In this document: in pieces, positions 14,969 through 26,169 of the stretch | Position numbering within the stretch: the stretch's first letter is position 1 | Layout: the number at the start of each line of letters is the position of its first letter | From: Candidatus Aerophobota bacterium | Lineage (GTDB): Bacteria > Aerophobota > Aerophobia > Aerophobales > AE-B3A | Length of the DNA stretch: 28,807 bases | NCBI GenBank assembly: GCA_030602105.1 | Contig: JAUWAK010000001.1 | Coordinates: 1-28,807, forward strand | Reading direction: 5' to 3' | Notes under the pieces: model-generated | The model's database searches: none | The model's input: the letters and a program-made list of their open reading frames with translations, nothing else | What the model was told of the DNA's origin: nothing | Made by a program: the position numbers and the translations under genes

Positions 14969-16324
14969 ATGAAAGCTAAAACGGAGTCAACATCCGGGCT
15001 AGGAAAGGTTCCTCCTCAAAATTTAGAAGCAGAGCGGGCTGTGCTGGGGGGTATGCTTTTAGAAAGGGAAACTATTCCTAAGGTTTTGCAGATAATTACT
15101 GAGTCTGAGAGTTTCTATTCAGAAGTTCATACTCTCATCTATGAGGGGGTTGTGAGCCTCTTCAACCAGAACAAGCCAGTAGATGTTGTCGCTCTCAAGG
15201 AGCAGTTCGGCAAAAAGGGGAAGCTCAAAGAAGTGGGAGGTGCCTCTTATCTGGCCGAATTGGTCAATTCTGTTCCTACCACGGTCAATGTTCCCTATTA
15301 TGCTCAAATTGTGAAGCAAAAGCATATCCTCAGGGACCTCTTGAAGACGGCGGATTTTATTCGTTCTCTATCCTACGATGATTCCCAGGAGCTGGATGTT
15401 GTCCTGGACAAGGCTCAGAGCTCTATATTTGACATCACCCAGCAGAGAGTCCAAACTCCCTACCAGCATATAAAGGATGTTTTGACGGGGACGTTTGAAC
15501 GTATAGAAGCGCTATACGAGAGGAAAGAGCACGTTACAGGGGTTCCCACAGGTTTTGCACAGCTGGACAGATTGACCTCCGGTTTCCAGCCTTCGGATCT
15601 GATAGTTATTGCGGGGCGTCCGTCCATAGGGAAGACTTCCTTGGCACTTAATATTGCCCAGTATGCTGGAATTGAGGCCAAGGTGCCCTTGGTTATTTTC
15701 AGTTTGGAAAGCGCCAAGGAACAGCTGGTGGAGAGGTTTTTATGTTCTGAGGCGCGGGTTGACTCCCAGAAGCTGCGCACGGGTTTTCTTTCTGAAGATG
15801 ACTGGTCCAGGCTTACTGATGCAGCGGGAGTGCTAGCTGAAGCTCCCATTTACATTGATGATTCAGCAAACATTGGTGTGCTGGAAATCAGAGCTAAAGC
15901 TCGACAGCTCAAGGCGGAGCATGATATCAGAATGGCCATAATAGATTATCTGCAATTGATGGAGGGAGACAGAAGGATTGATACCAGACAGCAGCAGATT
16001 TCGGAAATATCTCGCTCTTTGAAGGCCTTAGCCAAGGAGCTTAATATATCGGTGGTGGCCATATCGCAGCTGTCCAGGGCGGTGGAGCAAAGAGAGGATA
16101 AACGGCCTCGGCTTTCTGATCTGCGGGAATCGGGAGCTATTGAGCAAGATGCCGATCTGGTCCTTTCCTTGTACCGGGAGCATTACTATTCTAGATCGGC
16201 GGCTGATGAGGGCAAAGCCGAGATTATTATCAACAAACAGCGTCGTGGTCCTACCGACAAATTGCCCCTGATATTTATCAGCGAATACACTCGTTTTGAG
16301 AATCCGGAACTAGGGGAGATATAG
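14969..16324 (+). CDS. dnaB: Replicative DNA helicase DnaB
   Basis: PPQNLEAERAVLG, GRPSIGKT Walker A, IIDYLQLM, SQLSRAVEQR.DKRP.LSDLRESGAIEQDAD; no intein. Confidence 0.98.
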   Translation: MKAKTESTSGLGKVPPQNLEAERAVLGGMLLERETIPKVLQIITESESFYSEVHTLIYEGVVSLFNQNKPVDVVALKEQFGKKGKLKEVGGASYLAELVNSVPTTVNVPYYAQIVKQKHILRDLLKTADFIRSLSYDDSQELDVVLDKAQSSIFDITQQRVQTPYQHIKDVLTGTFERIEALYERKEHVTGVPTGFAQLDRLTSGFQPSDLIVIAGRPSIGKTSLALNIAQYAGIEAKVPLVIFSLESAKEQLVERFLCSEARVDSQKLRTGFLSEDDWSRLTDAAGVLAEAPIYIDDSANIGVLEIRAKARQLKAEHDIRMAIIDYLQLMEGDRRIDTRQQQISEISRSLKALAKELNISVVAISQLSRAVEQREDKRPRLSDLRESGAIEQDADLVLSLYREHYYSRSAADEGKAEIIINKQRRGPTDKLPLIFISEYTRFENPELGEI

Positions 16325-17620
<1,296 letters not shown>

Positions 17621-17714
17621 AAAGGGGTGGAACTCAAGAAGTATCATTCCCTTGTGAATCCAAAAATAGTGAGAGAACGTTCCGTGGCGAGGAGCACTGT
17701 TCGCCGCTGAGATG

Positions 17715-17750
17715 AACAGGGATTCAATCCAGAGTCCCTGTTATTTGTTT
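17715..17750 (+). terminator. Probable intrinsic terminator after purA
   Basis: AACAGGGATTC-AATCCA-GAGTCCCTGTT forms an 11-bp stem followed by ATTTGTTT. Confidence 0.6.
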
Positions 17751-17814
17751 GGCGATACTAAGAGGAGAGGTCCACCTATTCTGTCAGAAGAGTCTTGTTG
17801 GCCTTGAAAATCTC

Positions 17815-17842
17815 TTGACTAAATCCCTATTTTTGCTATAGT
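17815..17842 (+). promoter_or_regulatory. sigma70 promoter with extended -10 for the clpC operon
   Basis: TTGACT-16 nt-TATAGT with TG-N; SD GAGGAG/AAGGAG downstream. Confidence 0.7.
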
Positions 17843-17865
17843 TTCTGAGGAACGAGGAGAAGGAG

Positions 17866-20319
17866 ATGTTCAATAGGTTTACCGAAAGAGCGAGAAAGGT
17901 GATCCTCTTGGCAAGGGAGGAGGCCAAGAGATTAGACCACGATTATCTAGGAACAGAACATATTCTGTTGGGATTGATTCGAGAAGGAGAGGGAGTAGGA
18001 GCCACAGCTCTGCAACAATTGGGAATAGATCTGGCTCATGTTCGGGAAGAGGTGGAAAAAGCAGTGGGTAGAGGTGGAGGGGGTTTGTTCCTGGGTCAGA
18101 TTCCCTTCACTCCGAGGGCAAAGAAGGTCTTGGAGCTAGCGGTGGCAGAGGCTAAGAATTTAGGGCACAACTATGTGGGAACAGAACATATTCTATTGGG
18201 ATTGATCCGGGAAGAGGAAGGTGTGGCTGCGCAGGTTCTTACCAGCCTGGGAGCAGACTTAGAGAAGGTAAGGCAACAAGCAATTAATCTCTTAGGCGGG
18301 GGCCCAAAGGTTGTTTCTTCTACTTCCGCCCCTTCCACTAATACTCCTACACTGGACAGATTTGGTCGGGATCTGACTCAATCCGCCAGGAATGGCGAAC
18401 TTGATCCGGTCATAGGAAGACAGAAAGAGATTGAGAGGGTTATACAGATTCTCTCCCGTCGGACGAAGAACAACCCAGTTCTCATAGGAGAGGCAGGGGT
18501 GGGAAAAACTGCTATTGCCGAGGGACTGGCCCAGAGAATTGTGGATGGATCAGCTCCCGAGCCTCTCCTGGATAAAAGGCTGATTACCATTGAGTTGGGA
18601 GGAGTAGTTGCCGGAACCAAATACCGGGGAGAGTTCGAAAAGAGGATGGAGAGAATACTGAGTGAGATCAGGAAAGCCAGGAATATTGTCCTTTTCGTGG
18701 ATGAAATACACACCTTAGTGGGAGCAGGGGCAGCTGAAGGTGCCATAGATGCATCAAATATCCTCAAGCCGGCCCTCTCCAGGGGAGAGCTGCAATGCAT
18801 AGGTGCAACGACTCTTAATGAGTATAGAAAATACATTGAGCGAGATGAAGCTCTGGAGAGAAGATTTCAGCCAGTAATGGTGAATGAACCTACGGTCAAG
18901 GAGACCATAGAAATATTAAAAGGTCTAAGAGATAGGTACGAGGCCTTTCATCGGGTAAGGATAACTGACGAAGCCGTAGTAACTGCAGTGAGGCTATCCT
19001 ATCGGTACATTCAGGGAAGATTTCTTCCCGATAAGGCCATTGACGTGATGGACGAAGGAGCAGCTAGGGTCAGACTACAAAGCAGCGCTCGTCCTGATGA
19101 TCTCAAGAGGATGGAAGAAGAGCTGGAGCAGGTGAGGAAAGAGAAGGAAGCAGCAGTTAAGGGCCAGGAATTTGAGAAAGCAGCGAGCTTTCGGGATAAA
19201 GAGAAGAAACTGAAGCAAGCCTTGGTGGAGAAAAGAACAGCATGGCAAGCTGACATGAGCAAGAAAGGGGAAAAGCAGCAGGTAACTGAGAAAGATGTAG
19301 CCTACATTGTGTCTAGCTGGACCAATATTCCGCTTCGTGACTTAACGGAGGCAGAATCCAAACGACTCCTTCGAATGGAAGAGGCTTTGCACGAAAGAAT
19401 AGTGGGACAGGAGGAAGCAATAAAGGCAATCTCCCAGTCTATTCGTCGAGCCCAGGCCGGAGTTAAGAATATTAAACGACCCATAGGAGTTTTTATGTTT
19501 CTGGGTCCAACCGGAGTGGGAAAGACAGAGGCCGCCAAGAGCCTGGCAGAGTTTCTCTTTGGCGACGAAGACGCCATGATAGGGTTGGATATGTCTGAAT
19601 ATATGGAAAAATTTACCGTATCTCGCCTTACGGGAGCTCCTCCAGGATATGTGGGATATGAAGAAGGTGGAGAGTTGACGGAGAAGGTAAGAAGGCGGCC
19701 GTACTGCGTCATCCTTCTGGATGAGATTGAAAAGGCTCATCCTGATGTTTTTAACATTCTTCTGCAAATCATGGAAAATGGAAGACTGGCCGATAACCTT
19801 GGTCATACGGTTGATTTTAGAAATACAGTCTTGATTATGACTTCTAACTTGGGAGCTGAGCAGATTGCCAGCGGAGCCAGCATGGGATTTCAAAGTGGAG
19901 AAGGAGGGGCCCTATCTTATGAAGAGATGAAGAATCGTGTCCTCTCAGAGCTCAAGCACCAATTTCGCCCTGAATTCTTGAACAGACTCGATGAAGTGAT
20001 AGTTTTTCATGCTTTGAGTAGGGAGAACTTAAAAAACATCGTAGCGCTTATGTTAGATGAAGTGAAAAAGCTAATAGAGGAGAAGGAAATAGAGCTTGAG
20101 ACAACTGAAGAGGTGAAGGATTTGATTGCCCAGGAGGGATATGATCCGGACTTCGGCGCCAGGCCCCTAAGACGTGCCATTCAGAGATTAATCGAAAATG
20201 CTCTTTCCGAGGAACTCCTGGAGGGTAAGTTTAAAGCAGGAGATAGGGTAGTAGCATCTATAAAGGATGGAAAGATAGTCTTTTCCCAGAAAAAGAGAAG
20301 CCGGAATAGGAGCTCCTGA
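17866..20319 (+). CDS. clpC: ATP-dependent Clp protease ATP-binding subunit ClpC
   Basis: Two Clp-N repeats, GEAGVGKT and GPTGVGKT Walker A motifs, UVR middle domain, MGF ClpP-docking loop, FGARPLRRAIQ. Confidence 0.97.
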   Translation: MFNRFTERARKVILLAREEAKRLDHDYLGTEHILLGLIREGEGVGATALQQLGIDLAHVREEVEKAVGRGGGGLFLGQIPFTPRAKKVLELAVAEAKNLGHNYVGTEHILLGLIREEEGVAAQVLTSLGADLEKVRQQAINLLGGGPKVVSSTSAPSTNTPTLDRFGRDLTQSARNGELDPVIGRQKEIERVIQILSRRTKNNPVLIGEAGVGKTAIAEGLAQRIVDGSAPEPLLDKRLITIELGGVVAGTKYRGEFEKRMERILSEIRKARNIVLFVDEIHTLVGAGAAEGAIDASNILKPALSRGELQCIGATTLNEYRKYIERDEALERRFQPVMVNEPTVKETIEILKGLRDRYEAFHRVRITDEAVVTAVRLSYRYIQGRFLPDKAIDVMDEGAARVRLQSSARPDDLKRMEEELEQVRKEKEAAVKGQEFEKAASFRDKEKKLKQALVEKRTAWQADMSKKGEKQQVTEKDVAYIVSSWTNIPLRDLTEAESKRLLRMEEALHERIVGQEEAIKAISQSIRRAQAGVKNIKRPIGVFMFLGPTGVGKTEAAKSLAEFLFGDEDAMIGLDMSEYMEKFTVSRLTGAPPGYVGYEEGGELTEKVRRRPYCVILLDEIEKAHPDVFNILLQIMENGRLADNLGHTVDFRNTVLIMTSNLGAEQIASGASMGFQSGEGGALSYEEMKNRVLSELKHQFRPEFLNRLDEVIVFHALSRENLKNIVALMLDEVKKLIEEKEIELETTEEVKDLIAQEGYDPDFGARPLRRAIQRLIENALSEELLEGKFKAGDRVVASIKDGKIVFSQKKRSRNRSS

Positions 20320-20344
20320 TCTATCTTGGGATGTGGATGAATAG

Positions 20345-22585
20345 ATGAAATCCAGCAGTAAAAGAGACCCCCTCCTCCCAAAAAAGGAGGGGATTTTCAT
20401 TAGGGCAGCCATAAGCTCAAGTTTCGCCTTATTGTTTCTTTTTATTCTGTTTGCAGAAGCAGCTCTTTCTTCCCCCCTTATTAGCCAAATTGAAATTCAG
20501 GGAAATAAGCATATTAAGAGTCGTGAAATCGAGAATGCCATCCACAGTAAGATAGGAGAGCCTCTCTCGGAAAAGATGATCAGGGACGACATGCAGGCTA
20601 TCTATGATATGGGTTATTTCTACTCGGTCCAGGTACTAAAAGAGGAAGGGGAGGCGGGACTCACGCTTATCTTTCGCATTGTAGAAAATCCCCGCATTAC
20701 GCAAATTGAACTCGACGGGCCTGAAAAAGAAGAGGAAGATAGAGTGAAAAAACTGCTCACTCTTAGACAAGGACAGATCCTTAATTTTAAGAGGGTTAAG
20801 AAAACACGAAGTAGGATCCTGCATTATTATCAGAGAAAAGGATTCTTCTCCAGCAAGGTCCAAATCTCTCAAACAAGTTCAAAGGAAGGTGAATGCAACA
20901 TTCTCATAGCCATCGAGAAGGGAGAAAGGGTGAAGATAGCTGAGGTGACGATTAGTGGTAATTCTCACCTTTCCACCGAAAAAATCCTTCCCATCTTGAA
21001 GGTAAAGCGCGGGCAGTATTTTGATGAAAAGAAGTTGAGCGAAGGTACCAAGAGAGTTATTGATAGGTATCAAAGACGTGGATATTATTTTGCAACTTTC
21101 AAAGAGCCCCGATTTGAGTTCTTTGAAAGAAGAGGAAAGCGGGTTAAGATTATCCTGGAAATACAAGAGGGGAAGAGAATCTTTGTTTCCAAGGTGAATG
21201 TTAAAGGGAATGAGTATCTCAGCTCGTCTGAGATTCTCGCCACACTAAGACCACGAAAAGGAGAGATATTCATTCCGGAATTTCTTGAGGAAGGTATTAA
21301 GCGAGTTGAGGCCAAATATGGGAAGGCGGGGTACCTTTACCTTGACATGGACCGAGACCTAGAGTTCTACAGGGAAGAGGGCCAGGTGGCTATCTCTCTT
21401 ATCATTGAAGAGGGACCTCAGGCAAGAGTGGGAAGGGTGAGTATTGAGGGAAACGAAAGGTCTAAAGAGCGAGTGTTCACACACAGCCTCCTCGTCAAAG
21501 AGGGAGAAATTTTTGACGTAGAAAAAGTAAGGGAAAGTTGGCGCAGAATTTACAATCTGGGATTCTTTGAGAAAGTAAGCATTCATCCTGTCCCTACCTC
21601 CTCCAGGAAGATTATGGATCTTCTGGTCGAGGTGGAGGAGGGTGAGCGGACAGGTAGCTTTCTTATCGGCGCGGGATACAGCCAGAATTCCGGATGGGAA
21701 GGCAAAATCCAAATTCACAAGGATAACCTCTGGGGTGAGGGCAAAAAGATATCTCTGGAGTGGGAATTCGCCAAGAATAGAAATGATTATGACATGAGTT
21801 TCCTGGATAGGTGGTGGAAAGATAAGGATCTCAGCCTGCGTCTCTCTGTTTACGATAAGGAACTTAAATATTCTGGCACAGAGAATTACAAAAAAGGAAA
21901 AACCGGAGGGAAAGTAGAGTGGGGCTGGCCTTTTCAGAAGTACGCTCGATGTTTCATTGGTCTGCGCAGCGAGCAAATTGAGATAAGCCAGGTAGATGAG
22001 GAACCTTTACCAGAGGACCTTGAAGAGGGGAAGAAGATGCGACACAGCCTGGAGTTAACTTTTGAACGAGACACCAGGGTAAGGGACGAAGCTTTCAGCG
22101 CCTACAAAGGGTCTTACTCCTATCTTTTCATGGAGACAAATGGAGGTGTGCTGCTCAAGGGGGATCTTAATTTCACCAAGTACAAGGCTGAGTTAAGAGA
22201 GTATTTGCGGAGGGGTGATTTCTGGATGTCTCCTATTCTTGCACTGCGGCTAAGGGGCAAACTAGGAGAGAGGCTTCCCTCCTATGAGAAATTCCGGGTG
22301 GGAGGCCAACAGACCCTTCGGGGATATGGTCTATACGAGTTTAGCGGAGATAAGGTGCTTCTTGGGACGGTGGAACTCAGGTTTCCTTTAGGCAAAAATA
22401 TGAGCGGGGTTATCTTTGTAGATGGTGCCGAAATTTGGGATGAAGACTCCGAGAGCCCGGAGGTTAGGACAGGTTGGGGATTTGGAGCGAGAATCATGAC
22501 GCCCATTGGTCCCCTACAGCTAGACTGGGGCGTAGGGGAAACTGGAGAGGGAGAATTCTACTTTGGAATAGGCCAGGCATTTTAG
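20345..22585 (+). CDS. bamA: Outer membrane protein assembly factor BamA (POTRA repeats plus compact barrel)
   Basis: Signal-like hydrophobic segment, repeated I.I.GN..I/L POTRA motifs, NLWG.G, GG..TLRGY lid motif, TPIGPLQLDWG, C-terminal FYFGIGQAF. Confidence 0.9.
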   Translation: MKSSSKRDPLLPKKEGIFIRAAISSSFALLFLFILFAEAALSSPLISQIEIQGNKHIKSREIENAIHSKIGEPLSEKMIRDDMQAIYDMGYFYSVQVLKEEGEAGLTLIFRIVENPRITQIELDGPEKEEEDRVKKLLTLRQGQILNFKRVKKTRSRILHYYQRKGFFSSKVQISQTSSKEGECNILIAIEKGERVKIAEVTISGNSHLSTEKILPILKVKRGQYFDEKKLSEGTKRVIDRYQRRGYYFATFKEPRFEFFERRGKRVKIILEIQEGKRIFVSKVNVKGNEYLSSSEILATLRPRKGEIFIPEFLEEGIKRVEAKYGKAGYLYLDMDRDLEFYREEGQVAISLIIEEGPQARVGRVSIEGNERSKERVFTHSLLVKEGEIFDVEKVRESWRRIYNLGFFEKVSIHPVPTSSRKIMDLLVEVEEGERTGSFLIGAGYSQNSGWEGKIQIHKDNLWGEGKKISLEWEFAKNRNDYDMSFLDRWWKDKDLSLRLSVYDKELKYSGTENYKKGKTGGKVEWGWPFQKYARCFIGLRSEQIEISQVDEEPLPEDLEEGKKMRHSLELTFERDTRVRDEAFSAYKGSYSYLFMETNGGVLLKGDLNFTKYKAELREYLRRGDFWMSPILALRLRGKLGERLPSYEKFRVGGQQTLRGYGLYEFSGDKVLLGTVELRFPLGKNMSGVIFVDGAEIWDEDSESPEVRTGWGFGARIMTPIGPLQLDWGVGETGEGEFYFGIGQAF

Positions 22586-22587
22586 AT

Positions 22588-23289
22588 ATGAGAAAGCTTA
22601 CCCTTCTTGACCTGGGGCAAAGGGATTACAGCGAGGTCTGGCACATTCAAGAAGACCTTGTCAAGGAAGTAATATCTGGGGCTTCGCAGGATACCTTGAT
22701 TTTAGTAGAACATACTCCGGTTGTTACCCTGGGAAGACAGGGGAGCGAGGAAGATGTCCTGGTTTCATTTGAGGATCTTTCACGGAGAGGTATTCAGTTC
22801 TTCAAGGTAGATAGAGGAGGAAGAGCCACTTTCCATGGTCCTGGGCAACTAGTCGCCTATCCCATACTTAGTTTACTGGGTCAAGATCGGGATATTCACA
22901 ACTATCTGAGAAACCTGGAGGCAGTGATTATTGGACTTCTGGCAGGTTTAGATCTCAGGGGTGAGGGAAAAGAAGATCAGGCTGGAGTGTGGATAGATGA
23001 GCAGAAAGTCGCCAGTATCGGGGTGGGGGTGAAAAAGTGGGTCACCTACCACGGATTAGCTTTGAATGTAGATATTGACCTCGATTATTTTTCTCTTATT
23101 GATCCTTGCGGAGTTGGCCAGGCAAAGATTACCTCCCTGGCCAAGGTTCTTTCATCTCAGGTAAGAATGGACCAGATCAAGAAATCCTTTGTTAGCTCTT
23201 TCTCGGAAGTATTCAAAAGGATGCCTATCCCGGAATCTTATTCTAGCTTCCCTTCAGAACGATGTCAGGAAATGGCGAGCTTTCGGTGA
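22588..23289 (+). CDS. lipB: Lipoyl(octanoyl) transferase LipB
   Basis: VEH.PV.TLGR, DRGGRATFHGPGQLVAYPI, KVASIG, TYHGLALNV, IDPCG; ATG 22588 lies directly after the bamA stop. Confidence 0.95.
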   Translation: MRKLTLLDLGQRDYSEVWHIQEDLVKEVISGASQDTLILVEHTPVVTLGRQGSEEDVLVSFEDLSRRGIQFFKVDRGGRATFHGPGQLVAYPILSLLGQDRDIHNYLRNLEAVIIGLLAGLDLRGEGKEDQAGVWIDEQKVASIGVGVKKWVTYHGLALNVDIDLDYFSLIDPCGVGQAKITSLAKVLSSQVRMDQIKKSFVSSFSEVFKRMPIPESYSSFPSERCQEMASFR

Positions 23290-23302
23290 GGCTCTTACGA
23301 AC

Positions 23303-23848
23303 ATGTTAATGAGAATTACAGGAGGTGAACTTAAGGGACGGAAGATAAAAACTCCTGCGGCCAGCTCCAGTCGTCCTCTTCTTTCTCGGGTGAGAAAATC
23401 CCTCTTTGACGTCTTAGGAAAGAGAATAGAAGGAAGCTCTTTTCTGGATCTCTACGCCGGATCAGGAGCAGTAGGAATTGAAGCTCTTAGCCGGGGCGCC
23501 AGGGAAGCTGTCTTGGTCGAAAAGGATCCCCGTTGTGTTTCGGTGATAAAGGAGAATCTCGCGAGGGTTGGTCTTGTTTCCGGGTTCAGAATTTACCCAA
23601 AGAACGTGTTGATAGTTCTTGGAAAGCTCCTGGAGAAAGAGACCTTTGACATTATCTTTATAGCTCCTCCCTACTACAAGGGAATGCAAAATCAGACTTT
23701 GGACATAATTGAAAAAAAGGAAATTTATGGGTATACGGTCATTGTTCAGCACTCCCCCAAGGAGAAGGTCAACTTCACCCGCAAAAACCTGGACCTGAGG
23801 AAGCAGAGAGAATATGGAGACACCATCCTAACCTTTCTTGAAGCATAG
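23303..23848 (+). CDS. rsmD: 16S rRNA m2G966 methyltransferase RsmD
   Basis: MRITGGELKGRKI, VRKSLFD.L, FLDLYAGSGAVGIEALSRGA, APPY, ..YGDT.L.F; start 23303 or 23309. Confidence 0.92.
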   Translation: MLMRITGGELKGRKIKTPAASSSRPLLSRVRKSLFDVLGKRIEGSSFLDLYAGSGAVGIEALSRGAREAVLVEKDPRCVSVIKENLARVGLVSGFRIYPKNVLIVLGKLLEKETFDIIFIAPPYYKGMQNQTLDIIEKKEIYGYTVIVQHSPKEKVNFTRKNLDLRKQREYGDTILTFLEA

Positions 23849-23856
23849 GAAGTTAT

Positions 23857-24363
23857 GTGTATGCCCAAGGCCATCCCCCGAAGGATTATACTTTTCTTCT
23901 CTCGCACTGTCTTCTCAACCAGAAGGTGAGAGCTGAGAGAGCCTATACCTCTGGGGTTACCCAAAGATTGCTAGGCATCCTTTCGCATTATCCGGTTTGG
24001 CTGGAGCAACTTCCCTGTCCGGAATTTTCCTTCGTAGGAGAGAGGGGAAGAAAGCCGAAGGATGAATGGGAAAACTTGAGGGGCTTTAGAGAGCACTGCT
24101 CTGATTTGGCAAATGAAATAGGGGAAAGAATAAGAGAATTGGCAGAGAGGAACGCCCCCTTTTTATTGCTGAGTATTGCTCGCTCTCCCAGTTGTTCCTC
24201 TGGTCAGGTTTACCGGGGCAAGAGACTCGTTGGGGGCAAGGGAATACTGGTGGAAGAGCTGGAAAAGCGAGTTAAACTAAATTTTCTGGAGTTCGACTTT
24301 GGAAGGGTTTCTTGGTCACTCCAAAAAATTGAGAAATGCCTGAAGGTTTTGGGAGAATTATGA
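23857..24363 (+). CDS. DUF523/TudS-related putative Fe-S protein (thio-nucleobase desulfidase-like)
   Basis: SHCLLNQ, QLPCPE and SPSCS motifs supply three conserved Cys; G.GILVEEL. Confidence 0.7.
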   Translation: MYAQGHPPKDYTFLLSHCLLNQKVRAERAYTSGVTQRLLGILSHYPVWLEQLPCPEFSFVGERGRKPKDEWENLRGFREHCSDLANEIGERIRELAERNAPFLLLSIARSPSCSSGQVYRGKRLVGGKGILVEELEKRVKLNFLEFDFGRVSWSLQKIEKCLKVLGEL

Positions 24364-26162
24364 GTTTAGAAAATAAATTAGACCATCTTCCTGATAAACC
24401 CGGAGTGTACATTTTCAATGATAGACATGGACGGGTTCTTTACGTGGGAAAGGCTCTGTCTCTCAAGAAACGGGTGCGTTCGTACTTTGGGGAGGGATGC
24501 ACATCTGCCCGTGTCGAATCACTCCTTTCTCAGCTTCAGGATCTGGAGTGGATTGTTACCGATTCTGAAACAGAAGCGTACCTCCTGGAGTATAATTTGA
24601 TAAAGCGACATCGTCCCACGTATAACATCCGCCTCAGAGACGATAAGTCCTATCCTTACATCAAACTCACTACTAATGAGGATTTTCCGAAGGCTTTCCT
24701 CACTCGAAACCCCAGGGTCGATGGGGCTCAGTATTTTGGTCCCTACACCAATGTGAAAGCGGCCAGAAGAGCTCTTGCATTAATTCATCGGTTCTTCCCC
24801 CTGCGTCGATGCAAGGGAAAACTAAGACTCAAAATCAGGCCCTGCCTTAATTACCATATTAAGGAGTGCACAGCTCCCTGTGTGGATAAGATTGACCGCA
24901 GGGACTACCTATCCTTGGTCAGGGGGGTCTCTCTTTTTCTTCAGGGGCACCACAGGGAACTTCTCTCTCAGCTTAAGCAGGATATGGATGAAGCTTGCCG
25001 GAAGGAGGAGTTCGAGAGAGCAGCAAAACTGAGAGACTCTATAGCGGCAATTGGGAGAATTGGCCAAACCCAGAAAGTTTCTTCCTTTCCTGGACAGGAC
25101 AAAGACTTGATAGGGATCGTATCTGAAAGAGGCGAAGGCTGTGGCATGGTTTTTCTCATTCGGGAAGGAAAGCTCATTGACAAGAAGCACTTCCTACTAA
25201 AGGTGGCTCCAAGGAGCATAGAAAAGGATATACTCACCTCGTTCCTCAAACAGTACTATGCTGAAGTCTCCTTTGTTCCGCCAGAAGTGCTTTTGCAGGG
25301 AGAGACACATGAGCGGATGGCCATAACAAGATGGCTCTCCGTGAGAAGGGGGGGTAGGGTGAATCTGGTGATCCCCAAAAGAGGAAAGAAGTTTAGATTG
25401 ATCAAGCTACTGGAAAAGAATGCCTATATGCTACTAAAGCAGGAGAGGCATGGGGAGACAGGAAAAGCTCTGCTTCAGCTTAGATCTTATATGAACCTTA
25501 AGAGAAAACCTTCAAGAATAGAAGGTTTTGATGTCTCCAACATTCACGGTAGATATCCCACCGGGTCGGTGGTAGTTTTTGAAGAAGGAAAACCCGCAAA
25601 ATCCGAGTATCGAAGATTTGGAGTCAAGAGGGTGAAAGGAATCGACGATTTCGCCATGCTTTCAGAAGTGATAGAGCGCCGTTATCGCCGTCTAGTGAAG
25701 GAAAAGGGAACTCTTCCCCACCTAATTCTGGTGGATGGAGGAAAGGGGCAGGTCTCCTCGTGCCTGAGGGTGCTGGGCGATCTTAATTTGGATGATCTTC
25801 CTGTGGCAGGGTTGGCCAAAGAACTGGAAGAGGTGTATGTTCCTGGCAAAAGCTCACCCCTAAATATACCACCAAACTCGGCTGCCCTGAAGCTCCTGCA
25901 GGAGATTCGAGACGAGGCGCACCGCTTTGCCCACACCTATCATATTAAATCCAGAGGAAAAAGACTAAGGGCCTCATCTCTAGATGAGATTCCAGGCGTG
26001 GGTAGAAAGACCAAAGAGCTTCTTCTCACCCGCCATAAATCCGTGGATCAAATAAGAAGCAAGAGTTGGACAAAGTTAGCGGAGATTCCTGGAATTGGAG
26101 AAAAACGGGCGAGAAAGATTTTGGATTATCTTTCAGGCAACTTAGATGCTTACGCCCCTTGA
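24360..26162 (+). CDS. uvrC: Excinuclease ABC subunit C
   Basis: LP..PGVY....G.VLYVGKA..L.KRV.SYF (GIY-YIG), CL.YHI..C.APC, RIEGFDVSN, DGGKGQ, RDEAHRFA, HhH; ATGA overlap at 24360. Confidence 0.98.
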   Translation: MSLENKLDHLPDKPGVYIFNDRHGRVLYVGKALSLKKRVRSYFGEGCTSARVESLLSQLQDLEWIVTDSETEAYLLEYNLIKRHRPTYNIRLRDDKSYPYIKLTTNEDFPKAFLTRNPRVDGAQYFGPYTNVKAARRALALIHRFFPLRRCKGKLRLKIRPCLNYHIKECTAPCVDKIDRRDYLSLVRGVSLFLQGHHRELLSQLKQDMDEACRKEEFERAAKLRDSIAAIGRIGQTQKVSSFPGQDKDLIGIVSERGEGCGMVFLIREGKLIDKKHFLLKVAPRSIEKDILTSFLKQYYAEVSFVPPEVLLQGETHERMAITRWLSVRRGGRVNLVIPKRGKKFRLIKLLEKNAYMLLKQERHGETGKALLQLRSYMNLKRKPSRIEGFDVSNIHGRYPTGSVVVFEEGKPAKSEYRRFGVKRVKGIDDFAMLSEVIERRYRRLVKEKGTLPHLILVDGGKGQVSSCLRVLGDLNLDDLPVAGLAKELEEVYVPGKSSPLNIPPNSAALKLLQEIRDEAHRFAHTYHIKSRGKRLRASSLDEIPGVGRKTKELLLTRHKSVDQIRSKSWTKLAEIPGIGEKRARKILDYLSGNLDAYAP

Positions 26163-26169
26163 TCGAGCC

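Noticed and set aside
14969-16324. Intein in DnaB, or inactivation (SLES for SLEM, KQRRGP for KQRNGP)
   Set aside because: Normal length with no insertion; the catalytic Glu, Walker motifs and Arg finger are retained.
22474-24359. N-terminal extensions given by the ORF track for lipB (22474), rsmD (23189) and uvrC (24336)
   Set aside because: They overlap upstream genes and precede the conserved N-termini; the later ATGs fit the gene junctions.
24881-24889. Perfect DnaA box TGTGGATAA
   Set aside because: A single copy inside the uvrC coding sequence; compatible with chance.
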